Source: Bacteroidota bacterium
Lineage (GTDB): Bacteria; Bacteroidota; Bacteroidia; NS11-12g; UBA955
NCBI GenBank assembly: GCA_963169345.1
Contig: CAUJCT010000047.1
Location: 47,076-111,075, forward strand
DNA length: 64,000 bases
Direction: 5' to 3'
The notes below the pieces were generated by a model. The model ran no database searches and was not told the origin of the DNA. It was given only the letters and a program-made list of their open reading frames with translations. Positions 30,536 through 40,447 of the stretch are shown one piece after another (the first letter of the stretch is position 1; each line of letters begins with the position of its first letter). A program made the position numbers and the translations under genes.

Positions 30536-31048
30536 ATGGATAAGCTGAAGGAATATGACATAGAATTTATCAAGTTAAAGCTTGGTGATCATAGTTTTGA
30601 GTATCATCTCGACGATAGTTTTTTCAAGGCATTCAACAGTTCTTTGTCTACAGAAGACATTAAAGTCGACCTGCTGTTCAGGAAGTCAAATACCATGTTT
30701 ACACTGGAGTTTGATTATTCGGGAAAAGTAGGTTTGGAATGTGACCGTTGTTTAAGTCCTATACAGCTGCCAATTTCCGGGAAACACACAGTAATTGTAA
30801 AGATTACGGAGTATCCAATGGAGAGTGAGGATGATTTGATTTACATAGGTTCGCATGATTACAAAATCAATATTGCACAGCACATGTTCGATTTTGTAAC
30901 CTTGTCCATTCCAATTAAGAAGACTTGTTCGGATGTAGGAAAAGTATGCGACCCCGCTGTTACCAGCAACATCACCAGTATGATTGATGTAGACAACGGC
31001 GATTTCATACCAGACAGAGATACTGATGAAGAAGAGGAAACAGAATAA
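30536..31048 (+). CDS. YceD/DUF177 family protein (23S rRNA accumulation protein)
   Basis: CDRCLSPIQLPISGKH motif. Conserved position upstream of rpmF. Confidence 0.75.
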   Translation: MDKLKEYDIEFIKLKLGDHSFEYHLDDSFFKAFNSSLSTEDIKVDLLFRKSNTMFTLEFDYSGKVGLECDRCLSPIQLPISGKHTVIVKITEYPMESEDDLIYIGSHDYKINIAQHMFDFVTLSIPIKKTCSDVGKVCDPAVTSNITSMIDVDNGDFIPDRDTDEEEETE

Positions 31049-31077
31049 AACAGGTATTTAAATTAATATAAAACAAC

Positions 31078-31260
31078 ATGCCAAATCCTAAACGAAAAAT
31101 TTCGCGTACCAGAAGGGACAAGCGTAGAACTCACCATGGTCTTGATAACAAGCAGTTCATCGCTGATCCTACAACAGGAGACGTTTCTTTGTATCACCGT
31201 GTTAACCTGGAAACAGGCATGTACCGTGGTGTGAAGGTTATGAAAGGTCGTAACGACTAA
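31078..31260 (+). CDS. rpmF: 50S ribosomal protein L32
   Basis: MPNPKRKISRTRRDKRRTHHGL. 60 aa. Confidence 0.85.
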   Translation: MPNPKRKISRTRRDKRRTHHGLDNKQFIADPTTGDVSLYHRVNLETGMYRGVKVMKGRND

Positions 31261-31271
31261 TCCTGAAGAAA

Positions 31272-32204
31272 ATGCGTATTGGTATTGATGCGATGGGAGG
31301 GGATTTCGCCCCTCTTGAGGCTGTCAAGGGATCCATTGAAGCCAAGAAGCAGATGCAAGATATAGTCCCTGTCTTATTTGGACAGAAGGATAAAATCGTT
31401 GACTGCCTCAAGGAACTGGGTTATCCTGAAAATGCTCTCGAAATAGTTCACGCCGAAGAGGTGATTGAAATGGGAGAACATGCCACTAAGGCCATCTCTC
31501 ACAAGAAAAATTCCAGCATCAATGTCGCATACAGATACCTGGCAGAAAATCAAATCGAAGCTTTTATAGGTGCCGGAAATACTGGTGCCATGCTGGTTGG
31601 TTCGATTTTCTCTGTCAAAGCTATCGAAGGCGTACTTCGCCCAACAATTGCCTCCGTACTTCCTAAAGTTAGCGGAGGTTTTGGCGTTCTTCTGGATGTC
31701 GGTGCCAATGCCGATTGCAAACCTGAAGTGCTCAATCAATTTGCCATTCTCGGTTCTCTTTACGCTCAGCACGTTTACGGAATAGACAACCCTAAAGTTG
31801 CTCTGCTCAGTATAGGTGAAGAGAAAGAAAAAGGCAATCTGTTGATTCAGGCTTCATATCCTTTGCTCGAAATGAACGACAGAATCAATTTTGTTGGTAA
31901 TGTAGAAGGACGCGATTTATTTAATGATAAAGCGGATGTCATCATTTGTGATGGCTACACCGGTAATATCATTCTCAAACTTTGTGAAGGGTTCTATTAC
32001 AACCTTTCTAAAATGGGCGTTAAAAACGATTATCTCGACAGATTTAATTTTAAACAATATGGAGGTACCGCCATTCTTGGTGTTAACGAACCTGTGATTA
32101 TTGGTCATGGTATTTCCAAGTCTGAAACTTTTGTCAGTATGTATAAGCTGGCTAAAGACGTTGTCAGTTCTCAACTGATAGATAAAATAAAACAATCTTT
32201 TTGA
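31272..32204 (+). CDS. plsX: phosphate acyltransferase PlsX
   Basis: MRIGIDAMGGDFAP and VLLDVGANADCKPE signatures. Confidence 0.9.
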   Translation: MRIGIDAMGGDFAPLEAVKGSIEAKKQMQDIVPVLFGQKDKIVDCLKELGYPENALEIVHAEEVIEMGEHATKAISHKKNSSINVAYRYLAENQIEAFIGAGNTGAMLVGSIFSVKAIEGVLRPTIASVLPKVSGGFGVLLDVGANADCKPEVLNQFAILGSLYAQHVYGIDNPKVALLSIGEEKEKGNLLIQASYPLLEMNDRINFVGNVEGRDLFNDKADVIICDGYTGNIILKLCEGFYYNLSKMGVKNDYLDRFNFKQYGGTAILGVNEPVIIGHGISKSETFVSMYKLAKDVVSSQLIDKIKQSF

Positions 32205-32258
32205 CAATTTTCTCAAATCTTTTTTTAATTTGCAGCGCTTAAGGCGTTAAAACATTAG

Positions 32259-33257
32259 ATGAGCAAGATTACTGCAGCAATAACAGCAATAGGCGGATAT
32301 GTGCCTGAAAAAAGGCTTACAAACGCCGATTTGGAAAAAATGGTTGATACCAGCGATGAATGGATAACTTCCAGAACCGGTATCAAGGAAAGAAGAATTC
32401 TGGATATTCCGGGTAAAGCTACTTCTGACATGGCTGTCGAAGCAGTCAACGAATTGCTTCGCAAACGCGGGATAGGCGCCGAAGAAATTGATCTGCTGAT
32501 AATGGCTACCATTACCGGCGATTTAATTTTCCCTTCTTGTGCCAACATTGTTTGCGATAAAGTGGGTGCTAAAAATGCCTGGAGTTTCGACCTGGCAGCT
32601 GCTTGTAGCGGATTTTTATACGCTTTGGAAACCGGTGCCAAGTTTATTGAAACCGGTAAACACAAGAAAGTGGTCGTTTGTGGTTTTGATAAAATGAGTG
32701 CTATCATCGATTACACAGACAGAAACACTTGCATCATTTTTGGTGATGGCGGTGGTGCTGTATTGCTCGAACCTAATACCGAAGGCTATGGCGTAATTGA
32801 TGCAATATTGAAATCAGATGGCAGTGGACGCGAGTTCCTCCATCAAAAAGCAGGTGGTTCCTTAAAGCCACCAACACACGAAACCATTGATGCACGCGAG
32901 CATTATGTGTATCAGGAAGGGAAGACAGTTTTTAAGTTTGCTACTACCAATATGGCCGAAGTGTCTACTGAAATTATGAACCGCAATCATTTGGGTTCTG
33001 ATCAGGTAGCCTATTTACTGGCTCACCAGGCTAATAAACGTATCATTGACTACACTGCTGAAAAAATGCAGTTGCCTACTGAGAAAGTATTGATGAACAT
33101 TGAGCGTTACGGTAATACGACAAGTGGTACATTGCCTCTGTTGATGTGGGATTATGAGAAGCAATTCAAAAAAGGGGACAATATTATTCTGGCCACTTTT
33201 GGAGGCGGATTTACCTGGGGCAGTATATACCTGAAATGGGCTTACGACAGTCAATAA
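32259..33257 (+). CDS. fabH: 3-oxoacyl-ACP synthase III
   Basis: ACSGFLYAL active-site Cys region. C-terminal GGGFTWGS. 332 aa. Confidence 0.9.
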   Translation: MSKITAAITAIGGYVPEKRLTNADLEKMVDTSDEWITSRTGIKERRILDIPGKATSDMAVEAVNELLRKRGIGAEEIDLLIMATITGDLIFPSCANIVCDKVGAKNAWSFDLAAACSGFLYALETGAKFIETGKHKKVVVCGFDKMSAIIDYTDRNTCIIFGDGGGAVLLEPNTEGYGVIDAILKSDGSGREFLHQKAGGSLKPPTHETIDAREHYVYQEGKTVFKFATTNMAEVSTEIMNRNHLGSDQVAYLLAHQANKRIIDYTAEKMQLPTEKVLMNIERYGNTTSGTLPLLMWDYEKQFKKGDNIILATFGGGFTWGSIYLKWAYDSQ

Positions 33258-33293
33258 CAAATCACAATTATATTTAAGAAAAATAAATTTATT

Positions 33294-33794
33294 ATGGATA
33301 TCAAAGAAATAGAAAACCTGATCAAATTCGTCTCTTCACAAAAAAATGTTGGTGAAGTTGAAATTGAAAAGAAAGATTTCAAATTGGTCATTCGCAAGCC
33401 TGCTAACCAAATTATACAGGCACCACAGTATATTCAGGCAACAGCTGCACCGGTACCTGCCCAATTGCCAGTTGCATCAGCACCTGCAACTCCTGCAGCT
33501 CCTGCTCAGATTGCAGAACAGAAAGAAACACCTTCTGCCGAAACAGCCGGCAACCTGGTCACTATAAAATCTCCAATGATCGGTACTTTCTACCGCTCAG
33601 CTTCTCCTGATAAACCTGCATTTGTAAGCGTAGGCGACGAAGTAAAACCTGGTAAAGCTGTTTGTATCATCGAAGCCATGAAACTCTTCAATGAAATCGA
33701 ATCTGAAGTGAGTGGTAAAATCGTCAAGGTACTTGTCGATAATGCTACTCCAGTTGAATACGACCAGCCTTTGTTCCTGGTTGAACCTAACTAA
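33294..33794 (+). CDS. accB: acetyl-CoA carboxylase biotin carboxyl carrier protein
   Basis: Pro/Ala-rich linker. Biotinyl motif CIIEAMKLFNEIESE. Confidence 0.85.
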   Translation: MDIKEIENLIKFVSSQKNVGEVEIEKKDFKLVIRKPANQIIQAPQYIQATAAPVPAQLPVASAPATPAAPAQIAEQKETPSAETAGNLVTIKSPMIGTFYRSASPDKPAFVSVGDEVKPGKAVCIIEAMKLFNEIESEVSGKIVKVLVDNATPVEYDQPLFLVEPN

Positions 33795-33848
33795 GCCTGT
33801 CCAATCCATCCTTCGGGATAACCGAATTTCATTATTTAGAAGATTACT

Positions 33849-35189
33849 ATGTTCAAAAAGATATTAATTGCCAATAGAGGAGAAATAGCCTTGCGTATCA
33901 TTCGTACTTGCAAGGAAATGGGTATAAAAACTGTTGCTGTTTACTCAACTGCCGATAAAGAAAGTCTGCATGTCAGATTCGCTGATGAAGCCGTTTGTAT
34001 CGGTCCTGCCCCAAGTAACCAGTCGTACCTAAAAATCCCAAATATTATTGCAGCTGCCGAAATTACCAATGCAGATGCTATTCACCCTGGTTATGGTTTC
34101 CTTAGCGAAAACGCCAAATTCTCTCAGGTTTGTAAAGATCACGGCATCAAATTCATTGGTGCTACCCCTGAGCAAATCAACAGCATGGGTGATAAAAGTA
34201 ATGCCAAAGACAGCATGAAAAAGGCCGGTGTTCCAACAATTCCAGGTTCTGATGGCTTGATTGAAAATGTTGAACAAGCCAAAAAACTTGCAGTTGATGT
34301 TGGATACCCTGTCATCATTAAAGCAACCGCTGGTGGCGGCGGACGTGGTATGCGTATCATCTGGAAGGAAGAGGAGTTCGAGAAAAACTGGGATTCTGCT
34401 AAAACAGAAGCCGGAGCTGCTTTTGGAAACGATGGCATCTATATGGAAAAATACATCGAGGAACCTCGACACATCGAAATACAGATTGCCGGTGACCAGT
34501 ATGGCAAAGTTTGTCATTTAAGTGAGAGAGATTGCAGTATTCAGAGAAGACACCAAAAACTGATTGAGGAATGCCCTTCTCCGTTTATGACCCCTGAATT
34601 GAGAAAGAAAATGGGTGAGGCTGCGAAAAAAGCTGCTCAGTGCATCAATTACGAAGGCGTAGGTACAGTCGAATTTTTGGTTGATAAACACAGAAATTTC
34701 TACTTCATGGAAATGAATACGCGTATTCAGGTTGAGCACCCTGTAACCGAAGAGGTCATCAATTACGACCTGGTTAAGGAGCAAATTTTAATTGCAGCTG
34801 GTCAACCAATTTCAGGTAAAGATTACGAGCCAATGAAGCACGCTATCGAGTGTCGTATCAACGCCGAAGATCCATATAACAACTTCAGACCAAGTCCGGG
34901 TAAAATTGTGAATTTCCATATTCCCGGCGGACACGGAATTCGTGTCGATACACACGCTTATGCTAACTATGTTATCCCTGCAAATTACGATAGCATGATT
35001 GCAAAGCTTATCGTCAGTGCTCAAACTCGAGAAGAATGTATAGTGAAAATGGAAAGAGCATTAGAAGAATTTGTGATTGAAGGTGTGCATACATCTATTC
35101 CATTACAAAGACAGATTATGGCTAATAAGGAATTCAGAGAAGGCAATTTTACTACTGCTTTCATGAATACTTTTGAATTTAAACCATAA
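33849..35189 (+). CDS. accC: acetyl-CoA carboxylase biotin carboxylase subunit
   Basis: [30 protein letters not shown] and [14 protein letters not shown] motifs. Confidence 0.95.
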   Translation: MFKKILIANRGEIALRIIRTCKEMGIKTVAVYSTADKESLHVRFADEAVCIGPAPSNQSYLKIPNIIAAAEITNADAIHPGYGFLSENAKFSQVCKDHGIKFIGATPEQINSMGDKSNAKDSMKKAGVPTIPGSDGLIENVEQAKKLAVDVGYPVIIKATAGGGGRGMRIIWKEEEFEKNWDSAKTEAGAAFGNDGIYMEKYIEEPRHIEIQIAGDQYGKVCHLSERDCSIQRRHQKLIEECPSPFMTPELRKKMGEAAKKAAQCINYEGVGTVEFLVDKHRNFYFMEMNTRIQVEHPVTEEVINYDLVKEQILIAAGQPISGKDYEPMKHAIECRINAEDPYNNFRPSPGKIVNFHIPGGHGIRVDTHAYANYVIPANYDSMIAKLIVSAQTREECIVKMERALEEFVIEGVHTSIPLQRQIMANKEFREGNFTTAFMNTFEFKP

Positions 35190-35192
35190 GCT

Positions 35193-35576
35193 ATGTTGAG
35201 ACAATTTTTATTGCTGTTGTTTGTGTTGGGTGCAGGCCAGATTGCCAGTGCTCAATATCTGAAGGGCAATTACAAATACTCCGACCATGGGGATATTTAT
35301 CGCTATCAGTTTAAAGGCGACAGTACCCTTGTTATCATTCACGGTAAGGATACCAGCACTACAACTTATTCAATAGACACAACTACTGCTCCTATGCATA
35401 TCGATATTCAGTTTTACGATTCTGAAGGGAATGCAGCTTACAAATCCTTGTGCATTTTCGAATGGGTTGGTCGCGATAATATCCGTTTGCGCATGAGTGC
35501 CAATTTACTCGACAGACCAAAAGGATTCTTACCCAAAGGCAATCCTGAAACTATCTTACTGGTAAAGGAGAAGTAG
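35193..35576 (+). CDS. hypothetical secreted protein
   Basis: Signal peptide MLRQFLLLLFVLGAGQIASAQ. 127 aa. Starts 4 nt after accC. Confidence 0.5.
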   Translation: MLRQFLLLLFVLGAGQIASAQYLKGNYKYSDHGDIYRYQFKGDSTLVIIHGKDTSTTTYSIDTTTAPMHIDIQFYDSEGNAAYKSLCIFEWVGRDNIRLRMSANLLDRPKGFLPKGNPETILLVKEK

Positions 35577-35583
35577 AGAGGAG

Positions 35584-35724
35584 GCTGACGCTGCGCTGCT
35601 GAAAAGCTAAACGCAGCGCTGCTGAATTGCTTAAGGAAGCTGTTAAGTCGTATAGTCGTTAAGTCGAAAGGAATGCTAAACGCTGACGCTGCTGAAAAGC
35701 TAAACGCTGCGCTGCTGAATTGTT
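35584..35724. repeat. two ~45-bp direct repeats (GCTGACGCTGCGCTGCTGAAAAGCTAAACGCAGCGCTGCTGAATTG) flanking a (GTTAAGTC)-like 8-mer tract at 35642-35665
   Basis: Read directly. Each unit contains GCGCTGC/GCAGCGC inverted arms. Confidence 0.8.
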
Positions 35725-35813
35725 TCGCGGTGGTATTGTTTTATGGTAGAGATGTAGCGCAACTGCTTGCAGATGCGCTACGATGATCCACCTCCCGCAA
35801 TTTCTCCTTCCGT

Positions 35814-35997
35814 GCCTTCCGTTTGCGCAAGCAAACCATTGCCGTGTCAATCCCGTAGGTACGGGATAATCATTTCTGCGTTTTTTGCGTTTTCTTTCCT
35901 AGTTCTGCGTTCCACCTCCCCTCAGCTCCCCATCCCACAATCATCGTCCATTCGACTCACAAAACGACTTAACGACTAAACAACTTAACGACTTAAC
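35814..35997 (+). repeat. copy of the TTGCGCAA-hairpin repeat family plus an extended tail ending in an inverted (CGACTTAA)n tract (35964-35997)
   Basis: Aligns to the 8731-8946 and 42984-43245 copies. The tail CCTCCCCTCAGCTCCCCATCCCACAATCATCGTCC...GACTCAC is the reverse complement of 42757-42810. Confidence 0.85.
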
Positions 35998-36138
35998 ATC
36001 TCCCCCCATTTCTTATCAACCTCCTTAGGGGTTAATACCTCCAAAATTGTATTGATGTCATATCGTCCTTTTATGCCCGCTTATCAGCATTCTAACATTT
36101 GTTTATAAGTCCAAAATCGGAGTATGAAAGTGATATAT

Positions 36139-36146
36139 TACATTTG
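36139..36146 (+). promoter_or_regulatory. candidate Bacteroidetes -7 box TAcaTTTG, 32 nt upstream of the glmS ATG
   Basis: Matches the TAnnTTTG consensus of sigma-AB0 promoters. Confidence 0.3.
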
Positions 36147-36177
36147 CAATAAACACTTTAAATAAAGAAAAAGACAC

Positions 36178-38022
36178 ATGTGCGGAATCGTATCTTACAT
36201 TGGGCCTAAAGAGGCTTACCCAATTATAATAAAAGGTCTGAAAAGACTGGAATACAGAGGTTATGACAGTGCAGGCGTTGCCCTGATTGATGACGACGAT
36301 ATGAACATCTACAAAACCAAAGGTAAAGTCTCTAATCTGGAAGACTCTACTGAAGGCAAAAACGTACATGCTCATATCGGTATGGGACACACACGTTGGG
36401 CGACTCACGGTGAACCTAATAATACCAATGCACATCCGCATTTATCTCAATCCGGTAATCTCGCTGTTATTCACAATGGTATCATAGAGAACTATGCTAC
36501 AATCAAGGAAGAATTAGAGAAACGCGGACATACTTTTACAAGTGATACAGATACTGAAGTACTGATTCATTTGATTGAAGATGTTCAGGTCAACGAAAAT
36601 ATTTCAGTTGATGAGGCAGTGCGCTTAGCCTTGAATCAGGTAGTAGGTGCTTATGCAATCGTTATTCTGGTTAAAAACGAACCGGCGAAACTCATTGCCG
36701 CCCGAAAAGGTAGTCCGCTGGTGGTCGGTATTGGAACCGAACCTGGTGAGTATTTCATGGCAAGTGACGCAACTCCTATTGTTGAATATACCCGCGATGT
36801 TACATACCTTAACGATGGTGAAATTGCGATTGTAAAGGATGGTAAGTTGAGTATTAAAACAATTGAGAACGTTGCAAAAACGCCATTTATTCAGAAACTT
36901 GAAATCAACCTCGAGGAAATAGAAAAAGGAGGTTACCCTCACTTCATGCTGAAGGAAATTTACGAGCAACCTAAATCTATTCACGATAGTATTCGCGGTC
37001 GTATTGACCCGGCCAGAGGTCAGTTTGCAATGCGCAGTATCCGCGAATACGAAGAAAAATTGCGCAACATCAAACGTCTGATTTTAATCGGTTGTGGCAC
37101 CAGCTGGCACGCAGGTTTGGTTGGTGAATATCTCTTCGAAGAGTTTGCCCGTATACCTGTTGAAGTTGAATACGCATCTGAATTCAGATACAGAAATCCT
37201 GTCATTTACCCGGACGATCTAGTCATCGCCATATCTCAAAGTGGTGAAACAGCCGATACACTTGCCGCAATAGAATTGGCTAAAGAGAAGGGAGCAACTG
37301 TATTTGGTGTTTGTAATGTTGTAGGGTCTTCTATTCCAAGAACATCTCATGCAGGCGCCTATACCCACGCCGGACCTGAAATTGGCGTTGCTTCAACAAA
37401 AGCATTTACAGCTCAGGTTTCTGTGTTGACCTTAATGGCTCTCGCAGTTGCACAAATAAGAGGTACAATTTCTCAGGAAAGACTGAGATTTGTTTTAAGT
37501 GAAATTGAAGCTATTCCTCATTTGGTTGAAAAAGCACTTGAAACCAATGATAAAGTTATACAGATTGCCGAACAATTTAAAGATGCCCGCAATTTCCTTT
37601 ATCTGGGTCGTGGAGTTAACTTCCCTGTTGCTTTGGAAGGAGCACTTAAGCTGAAAGAAATTTCTTACATACACGCTGAAGGATACCCTGCTGCTGAAAT
37701 GAAGCACGGTCCAATTGCTCTGATTGATGAAGAAATGCCTGTAGTCGTCATTGCCCCAAAACGCGGCATGTACGAAAAGGTCATGAGCAATATCCAGGAA
37801 GTTAAAGCACGTAAAGGTAAAATTATAGCCATTGTAACCGAAGGCGATACCAAGGTCAGAAATATGGCCGACCACGTCATTGAAATACCGGATACCGATG
37901 AGGCTTTAACACCATTGCTTTCAACTATTCCTTTGCAATTGCTGAGTTATCATATCGCAGTCATGCGTGGTTGTAATGTCGATCAGCCTCGTAATCTGGC
38001 GAAGTCGGTTACAGTTGAGTAG
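36178..38022 (+). CDS. glmS: glutamine--fructose-6-phosphate aminotransferase
   Basis: N-terminal MCGIVSYIG with Cys2 nucleophile. Two SIS domains. C-terminal ...SVTVE. Confidence 0.95.
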   Translation: MCGIVSYIGPKEAYPIIIKGLKRLEYRGYDSAGVALIDDDDMNIYKTKGKVSNLEDSTEGKNVHAHIGMGHTRWATHGEPNNTNAHPHLSQSGNLAVIHNGIIENYATIKEELEKRGHTFTSDTDTEVLIHLIEDVQVNENISVDEAVRLALNQVVGAYAIVILVKNEPAKLIAARKGSPLVVGIGTEPGEYFMASDATPIVEYTRDVTYLNDGEIAIVKDGKLSIKTIENVAKTPFIQKLEINLEEIEKGGYPHFMLKEIYEQPKSIHDSIRGRIDPARGQFAMRSIREYEEKLRNIKRLILIGCGTSWHAGLVGEYLFEEFARIPVEVEYASEFRYRNPVIYPDDLVIAISQSGETADTLAAIELAKEKGATVFGVCNVVGSSIPRTSHAGAYTHAGPEIGVASTKAFTAQVSVLTLMALAVAQIRGTISQERLRFVLSEIEAIPHLVEKALETNDKVIQIAEQFKDARNFLYLGRGVNFPVALEGALKLKEISYIHAEGYPAAEMKHGPIALIDEEMPVVVIAPKRGMYEKVMSNIQEVKARKGKIIAIVTEGDTKVRNMADHVIEIPDTDEALTPLLSTIPLQLLSYHIAVMRGCNVDQPRNLAKSVTVE

Positions 38023-38041
38023 TCATAAATCCTTATAACAA

Positions 38042-38788
38042 ATGTATCAGGTCCATCCGAAGCTCAATTTATTTCTTCGTTTGTCTGTTATGCTTGCCTT
38101 TCTATTAGCATCTGTACATCTATATGCAGAAAAAATTAAAGAGAAACGCCACAATGTCACCCCGATGATTGGATTTGCTATGAATTCTACCTCACCGTTT
38201 ACAATTTCACCAAGTCCTAACCTGAAAATAGACTACGTCAATGGCGATAATTTCAGAATTCCACTGAGTTTGCGATACCAGTACAGAATGCGTCATGGGC
38301 ATCTTTTGGGATTGGATGTCCTGGCGAACTACAACCCATTGTATCTCAAACCTGCTTATTATTCCAATGACCAGAATGGATTTGTTGGTCCTTCTGTTTT
38401 GAACCAAAGTGGCAATATGCTTGGGGGAGATATTCACTATTCAAAGGTGATTGATATTAAAATTATTGAAGTGTTTGGATTTGTCGGAATAGGCGGCTAC
38501 TTCCTTCAACCTGATAACAGTTTGTTGGGTGACTTCAACTGGTACAAAAATGCCGACCCCGAATTTTATGAATTTGCAGTTGCAGCATCCAATAATTCCA
38601 GTAAAAAGTTTTTACCCGTCTCAACTTTCGGATTCGGCGCAAGATTCAAGCATTTGGAAGCTGGTATAAACTATCAATATTCACTAAGCAGTCCTGTAAA
38701 TTCCTTCGAGTATCAGGGCGTGAAATTTAATAATCCCATTCGTTTTCGCAGTTTGGGTTATTATGTGGCATACCGTTTTGAATTCTGA
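38042..38788 (+). CDS. hypothetical outer-membrane beta-barrel-like protein
   Basis: Signal peptide. Aromatic-rich alternating strands. C-terminal ...YRFEF. Confidence 0.45.
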   Translation: MYQVHPKLNLFLRLSVMLAFLLASVHLYAEKIKEKRHNVTPMIGFAMNSTSPFTISPSPNLKIDYVNGDNFRIPLSLRYQYRMRHGHLLGLDVLANYNPLYLKPAYYSNDQNGFVGPSVLNQSGNMLGGDIHYSKVIDIKIIEVFGFVGIGGYFLQPDNSLLGDFNWYKNADPEFYEFAVAASNNSSKKFLPVSTFGFGARFKHLEAGINYQYSLSSPVNSFEYQGVKFNNPIRFRSLGYYVAYRFEF

Positions 38789-38983
38789 TTGTCTGTTTGT
38801 TTCTGTCGTTGTATTATAATTATCTTCAAGTCAGTAACAGATATCTTTAATAAGTTGGATGAATGGATTTAATTTGGTCAAACTACAAGGCAATACGCTC
38901 ATTGCAGTTAATTAATAAAAAGACTTGCACCCTCATTGTAATTAGCAATGTGCAATATACCTTTGTTGTAATTTAATCGAACA

Positions 38984-39919
38984 ATGGCGGTATTTAAGAA
39001 GACCAACAACATCAATGATTTAGGTTTTGATAATCGAACGGAAGCCAACAGAAGACGTACAATAAATCCGGATGGAACTTTTAATATTAAGCGCAAAAAT
39101 GGATTTTGGGACGATTTTCATATTTATCAATGGGCAATTACCTGTAAGTGGAGCACTTATTGGTTAACTGTGTTGACTATTTATATAACAGCTAATTTCT
39201 TTTTTGCTTCATTGTATTTTCTTATTGGACCAGAGCATATACAGGGAGCAAATCATGCCAGTACCGGTCTGTTCTGGCAATGCTATTTTTTCAGCTTACA
39301 AACATTTACAACCGTGGGCTATGGTGGTTTACACCCTACAGGAATGCTCACCAATACTTTGGCAGGTTTCGAAGCTTTTCTAGGTCTCATGACTTTTGCA
39401 TTGGCTACAGGAGCCTTATACGGACGATTTAGTAAGCCTGAAGCCCGTTTAAAGTATTCTGAAAATGCACTCATCAGTCCGTTCAGAGATGGGCAGGCAT
39501 TGATGTTGATGATTGCAAATAACAAAAAAGGCAATCTGGTTGAAGTCAGTGCAAAATTGAATTTTAGCTGGCTTGAAAAAGATGCTGATGGTAAACCGGT
39601 ACGTAACTTCAGTTCTTTAAATCTGTATCTGGATAAAATAGCAATGCTATCACTGAGCTGGACCATCGTGCATCCGATTGATTCCAATAGCCCTTTATAT
39701 AATTTCACACCAGAGGACTATTTAGAAAAGGATGTGGAAGTATTTGTCTTTATTTCATGCTACGACGATACCTTCAGTCAAACAGTACAAAGCAGATATG
39801 CTTACATAGGAGCAGAGATAGTGCATAACGCTAAATTCAGAAGAGCCTTTCATGTAGATGAAGATGGCTATACGGTTCTGGATGTTAAGTCAGTAGGCTT
39901 ATATGATAAACTATCATGA
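38984..39919 (+). CDS. inward-rectifier (Kir/KirBac-like) potassium channel
   Basis: TM1, pore helix and TTVGYGG selectivity filter, TM2. A cytoplasmic Ig-like C-terminal domain. N-terminal RRRTINPDGTFNIKRK as in KirBac proteins. Confidence 0.7.
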   Translation: MAVFKKTNNINDLGFDNRTEANRRRTINPDGTFNIKRKNGFWDDFHIYQWAITCKWSTYWLTVLTIYITANFFFASLYFLIGPEHIQGANHASTGLFWQCYFFSLQTFTTVGYGGLHPTGMLTNTLAGFEAFLGLMTFALATGALYGRFSKPEARLKYSENALISPFRDGQALMLMIANNKKGNLVEVSAKLNFSWLEKDADGKPVRNFSSLNLYLDKIAMLSLSWTIVHPIDSNSPLYNFTPEDYLEKDVEVFVFISCYDDTFSQTVQSRYAYIGAEIVHNAKFRRAFHVDEDGYTVLDVKSVGLYDKLS

Positions 39920-40270
39920 ATAAACAGTTTCCAGCACGTAGTGAGCCAGAATTTTTCTGACATCCCTTGCTACAGATTCCTCAGAGCCATCCGATAATAC
40001 GGCGAGCACTCTTCTGCCAGGTTTTAATCCTTCGAGGTATTGCGGATTGATAATACAATCTTTATTGACTCTTATAAAATCATGCCTGACGATTAATTCA
40101 TTAAAAAAGTTAAGAGGGTGTTCGAACTTCATCACTCTTCCGTTGTAAAAATGAATAAAGGCAGCCCCTTCATCATATTTAACTTTTACAACTACTCTGA
40201 CATCGATGGGGTGTTTCCTGTTGTTGCCGTCAGGTACAACAATAAGATTGGTTAATGTGTTTGTTCTCAT
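39914..40270 (-). CDS. stand-alone LytTR-type DNA-binding domain protein
   Basis: 118 aa. FIRVNKDCIINPQYLEGL matches the LytTR core (F.R.HRS.IVN...I). No receiver domain. Confidence 0.45.
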   Translation of the reverse strand: MRTNTLTNLIVVPDGNNRKHPIDVRVVVKVKYDEGAAFIHFYNGRVMKFEHPLNFFNELIVRHDFIRVNKDCIINPQYLEGLKPGRRVLAVLSDGSEESVARDVRKILAHYVLETVYS

Positions 40271-40410
40271 GTGATAACATCGTTAGGTGAGTTTTTTTCA
40301 GGTAGGTTTTTTTCATTAGGGCTTAAACAGGTTTTTTTCGGGCTGTTGAACTAAGCTTATACAAAGTTGATGTATTTTTTACGATAATTCAACACTTCAC
40401 TCTCAAAATC

Positions 40411-40447
40411 ATCCTTTTGGGTGATAGATTTCATTCTTTTGGGTGAT
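40411..40447. promoter_or_regulatory. two 15-bp direct repeats AT(C/T)CTTTTGGGTGAT with 22-bp period: candidate LytTR operator
   Basis: Read directly at 40411-40425 and 40433-40447. LytTR regulators (AgrA and ComE types) bind paired direct repeats at about 21-22-bp periodicity. Confidence 0.3.

Noticed and set aside
30360-30548. 62-aa ORF overlapping the bamA 3' end and the following spacer
   Set aside because: It is in an alternative frame across the bamA C-terminus, has no conserved features, and is flanked by the real yceD/DUF177 start at 30536.
34029-34517. Long antisense ORFs inside accC (34029..34517, 34139..34438), inside the E1 gene (15507..16031, 15728..16054, 15060..15473), inside the adhesin (11907..12464) and similar
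   Set aside because: They are fully embedded opposite well-supported conserved genes, have no recognisable domains, and have composition typical of antisense frames of coding sequence.
35998-36177. Possible glmS ribozyme upstream of glmS
   Set aside because: The 5' region lacks the conserved glmS ribozyme core. It is occupied by the repeat element and a Bacteroidetes -7 box. glmS ribozymes are not characteristic of Bacteroidota.
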